Assembly: GCA_041753515.1 (NCBI GenBank)
Contig: JBGSUE010000032.1
Coordinates: 1-62,877 of the forward strand
DNA length: 62,877 bases
Source: Patescibacteria group bacterium
GTDB taxonomy: Bacteria; Patescibacteriota; Microgenomatia; UBA10105; UBA927
Reading direction: 5' to 3'
Numbering within the stretch: position 1 is the first letter of the stretch; the number at the start of each line of letters is the position of its first letter. The position numbers and the translations under genes were made by a program. The notes beneath the pieces are model-generated. The model was not told where the DNA came from. It ran no database searches and saw nothing but the letters and a program-made list of their open reading frames with translations. Below are positions 47,660-55,700 of this stretch, one piece after another.

Positions 47660-47735
47660 GTCATCCTGACCCCGAGTATTCTGGGGAAGGATCTAGTTCT
47701 TTCTATACGAGATTCTTCACTGCGTTCAGAATGAC
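47660..47735. repeat. Palindromic intergenic repeat, family 2, copy F
   Basis: GTCATCCTGACCCCGAGTATTCTGGGGAAGGATC ... GATTCTTCACTGCGTTCAGAATGAC. The arms match copy E in inverted order. Confidence 0.75.
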
Positions 47736-47752
47736 AAATAATTGAAAAAAAT

Positions 47753-48262
47753 ATGGCGGATGAATTGGTTGATATAGTTAATATAAATAATGTTGTAATT
47801 GGGCAGGTGATGAAGTCGGTGGCGCATGAGAAGGGACTTATGCACCGGACGATTATTTCGGAAATCATTAATACGAAAGGGGAGTGGCTTTTAGTTAAAC
47901 AGGCTCCGGATCGGCAGGATAAAGGACAATTTGTGTCTCCAGTGGGTGGGCATATGGGAGCCGGAGAGAGCGAGATTGATGCGCTCAAACGAGAAGCGTT
48001 TGAGGAAGTGGGGATGAGAAATTTTTCATATACGTACATTGGCCGGGCAATCTACAAACGTACGGTATTGAACCGTATCGAAAACCATCTGTTTATCTGT
48101 TATCAAATTTTTTCGGATGAAAAACCAGTACTCAACCACGAATCCGTCGGATACGAATATTTTTCCATGGAAAAACTGAAAAAAGAACTCAAGGAAAACC
48201 CCTCAAAATTCGGCGATGCATTTTATTTTGTGATAACGGAATTTTTTAGTATTTTTATTTGA
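47753..48262 (+). CDS. NUDIX hydrolase
   Basis: Nudix box GGHMGAGESEIDALKREAFEEVG (GX5EX7REUXEEXGU). Confidence 0.85.
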   Translation: MADELVDIVNINNVVIGQVMKSVAHEKGLMHRTIISEIINTKGEWLLVKQAPDRQDKGQFVSPVGGHMGAGESEIDALKREAFEEVGMRNFSYTYIGRAIYKRTVLNRIENHLFICYQIFSDEKPVLNHESVGYEYFSMEKLKKELKENPSKFGDAFYFVITEFFSIFI

Positions 48263-48868
48263 TGATTAAAAGTGAAGGTTGAAAATAGTAACCCAACTGG
48301 AGGAAAAGATAGTCATCTCTGACAATCCGCTGCATCCTCCAGTTGGTCGCTGAATGAAAAAAGAAACCTCTCGGTGACTTTGAAATATCATTCAGCATTG
48401 ATTCGAAATTATTTGATCAACAATGTTCGTGCTGGCTCTCTCGGCTTCGTGTACGGATCGCAAAGACTTATATGAATATTAATCTTCCCCCGTAGGAAAT
48501 TAAGCCTCAAGCATCCGACACTCACATTGTCGACGTATTTCCCCCGTTTAAACGAAACATTCTGAGCACACTTTACATTAACTCATGGACACTTTGGTTT
48601 TGCCTAAGTGTGATTAGCGTGGCCAAACGTACAATCCATGAGCACAAAAAACGTAGTTCTCCCGTTTAGATGGGAGTCGAACTAAATGTGCGAGCTCGCA
48701 CAACGCAGTCATTTGCGGTCCGTATATATATAATGACTATCATTATATATAAACAGACCGTAATAACAGGTTGTAAAACAGGGTATCAAAAAGTGCAAAT
48801 GGCCTCATTTTTTGAGACCAAAATGGAGTATACAACAAATGTATGTAGCTGTCAATATTATAGGACTA
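48263..48868. other. ~600-nt noncoding convergent gap rich in hairpins and palindromes; candidate structured RNA locus of unknown class
   Basis: No credible ORF in any frame. 12-bp perfect stem at 48293-48304/48335-48346, 16-bp perfect palindrome at 48687-48702, AT-rich imperfect palindrome at 48717-48759, and a nested helix around 48585-48640. Confidence 0.4.
48646..48684 (-). terminator. Rho-independent terminator on the minus strand
   Basis: Minus strand reads TAGTTCGACTCCC-ATCTAAAC-GGGAGAACTA (10 bp with a 3-nt bulge), followed after 2 nt by TTTTTT (A6 at 48646-48651 on the plus strand). Confidence 0.55.
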
Positions 48869-49327
48869 TTATTCTAATTGTTCAGGAGGAGGATACGAAT
48901 TTCCATTGATTTTATATTCGCTTTTCACTATACCATCTCCTTCCGCATCAGGCCAATCTATCTGGATCGGAAATTGTGTGGAATTTTCCAGGACATACTT
49001 CGTCGCCGCGTTGGAAAGCGGAGCATGATTGCCATTGAATCTGACAACCCAAGCTGTTCGAGGATTTTGATCGCTGGGATCAAGATACATTACTTCATAA
49101 GGTCGGTCGGTTCTGTCATTCTTGTCTCCTATTTCTAGTGACGGTATGTCCATCAGTTCTTGGGCGTTATGAATTCCACGTACTGCTGTGGGATGTATGG
49201 TACGTAAAAAGGAAAAGACTAAATTATACGCATCAATTTTTTTATATTTTTGGCTGTCCAAAAAAACCAGAATGTTTTTTGGAGCTACTGGGGGTTTGGC
49301 AGGTTCTTTAAATATTGTTTGTTCCAT
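48869..49327 (-). CDS. Hypothetical protein
   Basis: 152 aa, soluble, no recognisable family. Last gene of the MFS-cupin operon (20-nt overlap with the cupin gene). Confidence 0.5.
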   Translation of the reverse strand: MEQTIFKEPAKPPVAPKNILVFLDSQKYKKIDAYNLVFSFLRTIHPTAVRGIHNAQELMDIPSLEIGDKNDRTDRPYEVMYLDPSDQNPRTAWVVRFNGNHAPLSNAATKYVLENSTQFPIQIDWPDAEGDGIVKSEYKINGNSYPPPEQLE

Positions 49328-49664
49328 ATGAAATTATTTTGTGTTGTTTTGGATCGAATGCCGGGGTGGTGGCCATGAACATGGTGAAGTTGCCATCCCA
49401 CGCAAATTTTTCGTTTTTGTCTATGTATATCACATCACCTTTGGAAAATTCAGCTGTTTCTTTTTCCGTGATGATTTTCCCGTTGCCTTCCATTATATAG
49501 ACGAGTTCTTTTGATTTTTTATTGAGCGCAAACCCTGTTTCCGGATACCGGCCGTGGATTTCTGCTACTGCACCACTTATATTTTTTTCAGACATAGGAT
49601 ATTCAGTGATCCGGGTATCTTTTGCATGAAATTCCTGCGATTGATTTTTTCCGACATGAATCAT
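49308..49664 (-). CDS. Cupin domain protein
   Basis: 118 aa. The spacing GAVAEIHGRYPETG...ELVYIMEGNG...GDVIYIDKNEKFAW fits a small monocupin beta-barrel. Confidence 0.65.
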   Translation of the reverse strand: MIHVGKNQSQEFHAKDTRITEYPMSEKNISGAVAEIHGRYPETGFALNKKSKELVYIMEGNGKIITEKETAEFSKGDVIYIDKNEKFAWDGNFTMFMATTPAFDPKQHKIISYGTNNI

Positions 49665-50860
49665 ATGTATATCTTGCTATAGTGTACATGAATTTTCTGC
49701 GCCAGGTAGAGAAGGAATGGTAGGGGAATGAGCGATGTGAGGATGTAGAGCATGGAAGGTGAGGACAGTTCGACGATAATACCCGAGAATCCCACGATTG
49801 CGGAAAAAATGATGCTCATGAAAAAGTTGAGGGTTGAGAGTGCGGTTGCGCGATGTTTTGAATCGAACTCATCGTTGACGAGTTTATTGAGAAGGTTGAA
49901 CCGCAGGTTTGATGCGAACATAAACGGCACAAGCGCAAAAATATTGACCGTTAGATTAGGAACCGATGCAAGAAGTGCACCGATAACCATGAGCGCCGGA
50001 TGAACCCACGGTCCCTTTGCCCGCGTAAACGACAGGATGCGTTTTGTCAGACGCAGGAGAACGACAGCGTTGAATATACGCACTGCAGACAGAACCAGAC
50101 CTTGTGCGCTTTCCGGAAGACCGGTTGCGTTCAGGTACACGAGATTGATGTAGATTGCCCACGACCAGGTAACCCCTGCGACGATAATGTAGTACAGCGA
50201 AAGGTATGAAACATAGGAATTCTTAAACAGCTGTTTGGCGCCGTTTTTTGTATTTTCTATATACAGGGACCAGGAATATTTGATTGAATCGATATGCGGT
50301 TCTTTCATGAAAAGATATGAAACGGCGGAAATGGTGACCGAGATACCTGACAGAAAAAAGGGCACGGTTTGTCCGAAGGCATAGAGAAATCCGCCAAGGA
50401 GTGTCGCCAGGATGAGAGCCACTTGCGTATACATGCCTTCCCGTGCGGTAATGGTACCGAATTCTTCCTCCCGCCCTGCCTCCTTGAGCGTGTCGTAGAG
50501 AAGGGCAGTGCTGGCGCCGGATATGGCGCTTTCGCCGAGCGCGCGGATGAGCGTGCCGGCGATGATCCAAGTAGGTGTAGGAAACAGCGCAATCAGAAAT
50601 AAACCCAGTGCATCTATTGCCCCACCGATTGCACAACTTATTTTTCTTCCCCACATGTCTGCAAATACACCGGTTGGAAGCTCCATAAGAAGCATGACGA
50701 TATAGCGCGCAGCAGCCAGAAATCCCATTTGCGTGAGCGTCAGATACTGGTTTTGGAATGCGATGTAGACCGGTATGAGAAAGAGAAGTGCATAGAAAAA
50801 TTCCGTGACATAGTAGAGCGTAATATTGCGGTCTACCCAGGGATGCACATTTTTTTCCAT
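49661..50860 (-). CDS. MFS transporter
   Basis: About 12 TM helices and the loop motif ADMWGRK. Start at MEKNVHPW (ATG 50860); the longer ORF would overlap alaS. Confidence 0.75.
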   Translation of the reverse strand: MEKNVHPWVDRNITLYYVTEFFYALLFLIPVYIAFQNQYLTLTQMGFLAAARYIVMLLMELPTGVFADMWGRKISCAIGGAIDALGLFLIALFPTPTWIIAGTLIRALGESAISGASTALLYDTLKEAGREEEFGTITAREGMYTQVALILATLLGGFLYAFGQTVPFFLSGISVTISAVSYLFMKEPHIDSIKYSWSLYIENTKNGAKQLFKNSYVSYLSLYYIIVAGVTWSWAIYINLVYLNATGLPESAQGLVLSAVRIFNAVVLLRLTKRILSFTRAKGPWVHPALMVIGALLASVPNLTVNIFALVPFMFASNLRFNLLNKLVNDEFDSKHRATALSTLNFFMSIIFSAIVGFSGIIVELSSPSMLYILTSLIPLPFLLYLAQKIHVHYSKIYI

Positions 50861-50866
50861 GTTCGT

Positions 50867-50874
50867 ATTATAAT
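50867..50874. promoter_or_regulatory. Palindromic ATTATAAT providing overlapping -10 boxes for both divergent genes
   Basis: Plus-strand TATAAT (50869-50874) lies 7 nt before the alaS ATG at 50882. Minus-strand TATAAT (50872-50867) lies 6 nt before the MFS ATG at 50860. The intergenic region is only 21 bp. Confidence 0.5.
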
Positions 50875-50881
50875 ACCTTGT

Positions 50882-52714
50882 ATGCAATCCTCGGATATCA
50901 GGAAAAAATTCATTGAGTTTTATAAAAAACGCGGGCATGCGGAAATACCGTCAGCCCGGCTGGTGCCGGAAAATGACCCGACAACCTTATTTACATCAAG
51001 CGGCATGCAACCGCTGATTCCGTACTTATTAGGTGAAAAACATCCGTCCGGTAAACGGCTCGTCAACAGCCAGAAGTCATTCAGGGCACAGGATATTGAA
51101 GAAGTCGGCGACAATCGGCATATGACATTTTTTGAGATGCTCGGGAACTGGTCCCTGGGGGATTATTTTAAGCAAGAGCAGTTGCCGTGGATTTTTTCGT
51201 TTTTGACTGATGTATTGGGATTGGATGCCAAACGGTTGTATGTGAGCGTTTTTGAAGGAAACGGCAGTGTACCAAAGGATGACGTATCAATTGAAATCTG
51301 GAAAACCCTTTTCAGTGAGAAACATATTGACGCAAAACTGGGGGAGAGGATATTTCTCTATCCGGCTAAAAAGAACTGGTGGAGCAGATCGGGCGAGCCG
51401 GAACATATGCCGCCGGGTGAACCCGGGGGGCCTGACAGTGAAGTATTTTATGATTTCGGACCGGAATTCAGGCTTCATGAAACATCCATCTATAAAAAAG
51501 AAAAATGCCACCCCAACTGCGACTGCGGCCGGTATCTGGAAATTGCAAACTCGGTTTTTATGCAATATCAGAAGCAGAAAGACGGATCACTCAAGGAATT
51601 GACACAAAAAAATGTGGATTTCGGCGGAGGGCTCGAGCGCATGACTGCAGCAACCGAAAATTCACCGGATGTTTTTGCAACTGATCTTTTTCGTTCAATT
51701 GTTCGATCAATTGAACTGTTGTCGAAACGAACGTATGGTGAGAATGAAGGTATCACCCGTTCTATGCGGATTATAGCAGACCATATAAAAGGTGCTGTTA
51801 TGATGATGGCAGATGGCGTGTTGCCCTCGAATAAACAACAGGGATATGTTCTGCGTCGTTTGATACGCAGGGCACTTCTTCATGGCAGGAATCTGGGACT
51901 CGTTACGGACTGGAAATATTTAGGAGATTTGGTTGAGCCCGTTGCTCTAATATACCACAGCGCATATCCGGAGGTCGCCGATAAAATCGTGGAGACGAAA
52001 CTGATCATTGAAGAGGAGGCGCTCAGGTTCGGAAAAACGCTTGAAAAAGGCCTTAAGATGATCGAAAAAATTGACAACATTAGCGGCGGAGATGCTTTTA
52101 CACTGTATGAAACATACGGATTTCCGTGGGAGATGACCGAAGAGATAGCACGGGAAAAGGGGCAGCATCCGGACCGCACACAGTTTGAAGATGAATTTGA
52201 AAAACATAAGAATTTATCCCGGACAGCGGCAGCCGGCATGTTTAAAGGAGGACTTGCGGATCAAAGCACGCAAACCACAAAACTGCATACGGCCCATCAT
52301 TTGCTTTTGGCATCGTTACAAAAGATTGTTGATCCAGCGATAAAGCAGAGGGGTAGTAATATCACGTTCGAACGGCTTCGTATCGACTTTAATTTCGCAA
52401 GAAAACTGACACCGGAGGAAATTTCTTCGGTTGAAAATCTGATCAATGAAAAAATTAAGGAAAACCTTCCCGTGAACCGTAAGGAGATGCTGTTGAGTGA
52501 AGCGGAAAAAATCGGTGCTCAAATGGAATTCGAGCAGAAGTACCCGGATAAAGTCAGCGTGTATTTTGTGGGAGATCCGAAAGAGTATTTCTCGGCAGAG
52601 TTTTGCGGCGGCCCCCATGTAGAAAAAACCGGAAAGATCGGTGGTATACATATATATAAGGAAGAGTCCGCAGGAGCCGGTATCCGGAGAATCTACGCAA
52701 AGCTTGTCCTCTGA
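50882..52714 (+). CDS. alaS: Alanyl-tRNA synthetase, short form (aminoacylation + editing domains, no C-Ala domain)
   Basis: MQSSDIRKKFIEFYKKRGH..., FTSSGMQPL, FFEMLGNWSLGDYFK, editing HxxxH (TAHHLL) and CxxxH (CGGPHV) motifs. 610 aa. Confidence 0.9.
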   Translation: MQSSDIRKKFIEFYKKRGHAEIPSARLVPENDPTTLFTSSGMQPLIPYLLGEKHPSGKRLVNSQKSFRAQDIEEVGDNRHMTFFEMLGNWSLGDYFKQEQLPWIFSFLTDVLGLDAKRLYVSVFEGNGSVPKDDVSIEIWKTLFSEKHIDAKLGERIFLYPAKKNWWSRSGEPEHMPPGEPGGPDSEVFYDFGPEFRLHETSIYKKEKCHPNCDCGRYLEIANSVFMQYQKQKDGSLKELTQKNVDFGGGLERMTAATENSPDVFATDLFRSIVRSIELLSKRTYGENEGITRSMRIIADHIKGAVMMMADGVLPSNKQQGYVLRRLIRRALLHGRNLGLVTDWKYLGDLVEPVALIYHSAYPEVADKIVETKLIIEEEALRFGKTLEKGLKMIEKIDNISGGDAFTLYETYGFPWEMTEEIAREKGQHPDRTQFEDEFEKHKNLSRTAAAGMFKGGLADQSTQTTKLHTAHHLLLASLQKIVDPAIKQRGSNITFERLRIDFNFARKLTPEEISSVENLINEKIKENLPVNRKEMLLSEAEKIGAQMEFEQKYPDKVSVYFVGDPKEYFSAEFCGGPHVEKTGKIGGIHIYKEESAGAGIRRIYAKLVL

Positions 52715-52765
52715 CGGAGTTGCTGGTAGTATAAATATACGGATACCAGTAGCCGTTATTGTTTT

Positions 52766-54961
52766 ATGCGACTGCCCAACATTTCACGAATTTTATCACA
52801 TACACCATTCACTAAAAAACCGGTGATTCAGAAGCCGTATTTATCCCTCGTATTTGATACAGATGCTGTAGCAGGTGCGACATGGTTTCTTACGAACAAA
52901 GGCAACGCCGATCTTACGCACGCTGTTGCCCGCCGTCTCGATGAACATACGTGGGAGAAGAGAATTGAGGCTGCTGACACAGTGATATCGGTTTTGGAGG
53001 AGAAATTTCATGGCAATTCCGCATTTTCCGATGTTATTTTCGGATTGCCGCCCGAATTTATCGCACAAAACGGTGATATTGAACCGGATATTAAAAAACA
53101 TTTGAAAAAGGCCAGCGATGAGCTGTCGCTACACCCCATCGGATTTGTTTCCGTTCACCAGGCAGTCGTATTCCGTTTGAAAAAACTGACGGGTGTTCCT
53201 CCCAGCGCCATTCTTGTTCATCTGCATGCTGATTCCATAACGGTCCTATTATATAAAACCGGAATTATGCTGGGATTTGAATCTGTTCCGATCTCGAATG
53301 GAGAGCCATCGGATATAGAGAGAGCGCTTCTTTCAATAGCTTCGGATGAGCCTCTGCCGGCGAAAATTGTGGTTTATGCAACTGACCAGTTTGACAGTAA
53401 AACACTGAAAACATCACTTGCACAATATCCCTGGAAGCAGAAACTCCGGTTTATTCATATACCGCGGGTTGAAATTCTCGAACCTGACTTTGTCGTTACA
53501 GCAGTATCTTCTGCAGGTGCAGGAGAACTCTCGATGTCTGATTCTACGTATAGGCCGGTGGAAGAAAAAGTATTTGAACAGGATGAAGAGGAAGAGGATT
53601 ATGAAGCGGATGAAATGAATGATGACGAATCTGTTGGTGAGAAAGAAGTAAATGTATCGTTTGTTGATCCGGATGAACTCGGTTTTAAAAAAAATATCGA
53701 CATACTTGAAACCCCTGATACTCCTGTACCCAAACCTGAAAAAATCGGAAAAAAGGTACACTTCGTTGTTCCAAAGATCCGGCATTTGATGTCTGTTTTT
53801 CGTGGATACAGCGGTAAAAAAGAAGGTAAACCGTTTACCAAGTATATATTCGGTGCATTAATTCTTTTTTGTGCAGCAGTTCTGGTATTTGTGCTTGCAT
53901 CATTTCTTCCCGAGGCAACCGTAACAATGAAGACGGAAACCAGGCATATCTCAAAAGATGTTGATATTGTTATTGATTCAACTGTTGCAGCAGTGAATGT
54001 AGAAGATAGTATTATACCGGGCAGAAAAGTGGAAAATGAAGTGGAAGGCAGTGATTCAATCGATACAACCGGGACGAAGGAGATCGGTGATCCGGCACAA
54101 GGCAGTGTGACAATTTACAACAAAACAACGACAGAACGGACATTTAAAAAAGGAACAGAGCTTATCGCAGGCTCGCTTACGTTTTTGCTGGACAGCGAAG
54201 TAAGAGTGGCATCTGCATCGGAAAGTATCGGTTCCATTACATTTGGAAAATCTGAAGGGTCGGTTACAGCAGAAAAAATCGGAAGCAATGGGAATATGCC
54301 TCAGGGTACGGATTTTGTGTTTGCCGGTCTATCGCAAAATTCTGTTTCTGCACGAAACGATGAAGCATTGAAAGGAGGCACAAGTAAAGAGATTAATGTG
54401 GTATCACGGGCAGATTATGACACATTGACGGAAAAAATAACGGAAAAAATTGAGAAAGATGCAGTAAACCAGCTGATATCAAGCGGCTCAGGGTCTTTCA
54501 GGATCATCGATGGAACGGTAAAAACTGCCGTATCACGGAAAAATTTCGAACAGGAAATTGATGAAGAATCGAAAACCCTTCAAGGTGCCGTCGCGGTGAA
54601 AGTGAGCGGTATTGGGTACGAAATGAAAGATGTTTCTTCTCTTTTGGAGGGCCTTATCGCCAAAGAACTGCCGGATACTTACACACTTGATTCAGATTCT
54701 TTAGACGTAACACTGAGCGATGTATCCATCCAAAAAGACGGTACCATTCAGGCAAAGGCATCCGTGTCCGGCACAGCAGAGATGAATGTGGACGAAAATG
54801 AAATAAAAACAACACTCGCAGGTAAAACCGTAGAAGATGCACAAACACTTTTGGATGCCAGGGATGGCGTTGCATCAGTTGAAATAATTCTTTCACGATC
54901 CTGGTTCACCAAACGTCTTCCATCATCCGGCAGGATTTCGGTTCATATATTGTCAGAATAA
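52766..54961 (+). CDS. Hypothetical bitopic protein: cytoplasmic actin/FtsA/PilM-like N-domain, acidic linker, TM helix, large beta-rich ectodomain
   Basis: The N-terminal ~260 aa resemble the PilM/FtsA-like layout (LSLVFDTDAVAGATW...ILVHLHADSITVLLYK). An E/D-rich linker follows, then TM helix IFGALILFCAAVLVFVLASFL and a ~350-aa extracytoplasmic domain. Confidence 0.5.
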   Translation: MRLPNISRILSHTPFTKKPVIQKPYLSLVFDTDAVAGATWFLTNKGNADLTHAVARRLDEHTWEKRIEAADTVISVLEEKFHGNSAFSDVIFGLPPEFIAQNGDIEPDIKKHLKKASDELSLHPIGFVSVHQAVVFRLKKLTGVPPSAILVHLHADSITVLLYKTGIMLGFESVPISNGEPSDIERALLSIASDEPLPAKIVVYATDQFDSKTLKTSLAQYPWKQKLRFIHIPRVEILEPDFVVTAVSSAGAGELSMSDSTYRPVEEKVFEQDEEEEDYEADEMNDDESVGEKEVNVSFVDPDELGFKKNIDILETPDTPVPKPEKIGKKVHFVVPKIRHLMSVFRGYSGKKEGKPFTKYIFGALILFCAAVLVFVLASFLPEATVTMKTETRHISKDVDIVIDSTVAAVNVEDSIIPGRKVENEVEGSDSIDTTGTKEIGDPAQGSVTIYNKTTTERTFKKGTELIAGSLTFLLDSEVRVASASESIGSITFGKSEGSVTAEKIGSNGNMPQGTDFVFAGLSQNSVSARNDEALKGGTSKEINVVSRADYDTLTEKITEKIEKDAVNQLISSGSGSFRIIDGTVKTAVSRKNFEQEIDEESKTLQGAVAVKVSGIGYEMKDVSSLLEGLIAKELPDTYTLDSDSLDVTLSDVSIQKDGTIQAKASVSGTAEMNVDENEIKTTLAGKTVEDAQTLLDARDGVASVEIILSRSWFTKRLPSSGRISVHILSE

Positions 54962-54962
54962 T

Positions 54963-55700
54963 ATGTCATATTACAGGTATGTAAAATCGTATCCCAGAAT
55001 TCGGGTTAAAATACCGGTAGTGTATTCCGTCGGGACTATGTTGACCGGATGTATTATGATTTTGTGGGCACTGTGGCCAATATATCGTTTTCAATACCTT
55101 TCCCCTACATATTTTTCAACGGTCATTTCACCAATTCAGAATTATTCGGTTCCGGGGGTCAACGGGCCGGTGTATGCAGCTGATAATACGGAAACCGGAA
55201 CAGACGAACTTATTGATTTGGACAAATGGTATCCGGACAATCCGCAATCATCAGATGCATCCGTTGTTACCGAATACACTCTCGCAATACCAAAACTTCA
55301 CATATCAGATGCGCGGGTGATTATCGGCGGAGATTCCCTTGAGGAAAGTCTTATTCATTATGGGGGGACGGGAATTCCGGGATTGACAGGGACATCTGTT
55401 ATTTTTGGGCATTCGACGTTGCCGCAGCTTTTTGATGCTACAAATTATAAAACCATATTTTCATATTTACCTACTTTGAAGCCGAAAAGCGATACCTATC
55501 AGGGAGATGAAATATTTATTACGTATGATTCCGTTACGTACAGATACGTGGTTGAAGATATGAAGGTGCTTGACCCCGATGATTTATCGGTTCTTGATCA
55601 GAAATATGATGCGTCGTATGTTACGCTGGTAACGTGTGTTCCGCCAGGGACACTTTGGAAGCGATTAAAAGTAAGTGCAAAAGTAGCACCGAATATATGA
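54963..55700 (+). CDS. Sortase family transpeptidase
   Basis: N-terminal TM anchor, His in VIFGHSTL, catalytic TLVTC motif, downstream Arg (WKRLKV). Confidence 0.8.
   Translation: MSYYRYVKSYPRIRVKIPVVYSVGTMLTGCIMILWALWPIYRFQYLSPTYFSTVISPIQNYSVPGVNGPVYAADNTETGTDELIDLDKWYPDNPQSSDASVVTEYTLAIPKLHISDARVIIGGDSLEESLIHYGGTGIPGLTGTSVIFGHSTLPQLFDATNYKTIFSYLPTLKPKSDTYQGDEIFITYDSVTYRYVVEDMKVLDPDDLSVLDQKYDASYVTLVTCVPPGTLWKRLKVSAKVAPNI

Noticed and set aside
48672-48684. GTTCGACTCCC on the minus strand resembles a tRNA/tmRNA T-loop, so I considered a tRNA, a tmRNA 3' end or an att-site fragment.
   Set aside because: The flanking bases do not form a 5-bp T-stem or an acceptor stem, and no D-arm or anticodon arm or CCA context is present. 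The segment is better explained as one arm of the minus-strand terminator hairpin.
54917-54931. LPSSG near the C-terminus of the 731-aa protein, next to the sortase gene, as a possible sorting signal.
   Set aside because: Only 9 mostly non-hydrophobic residues (RISVHILSE) follow it. A cell-wall sorting signal requires a hydrophobic helix plus a basic tail, and neither is present.
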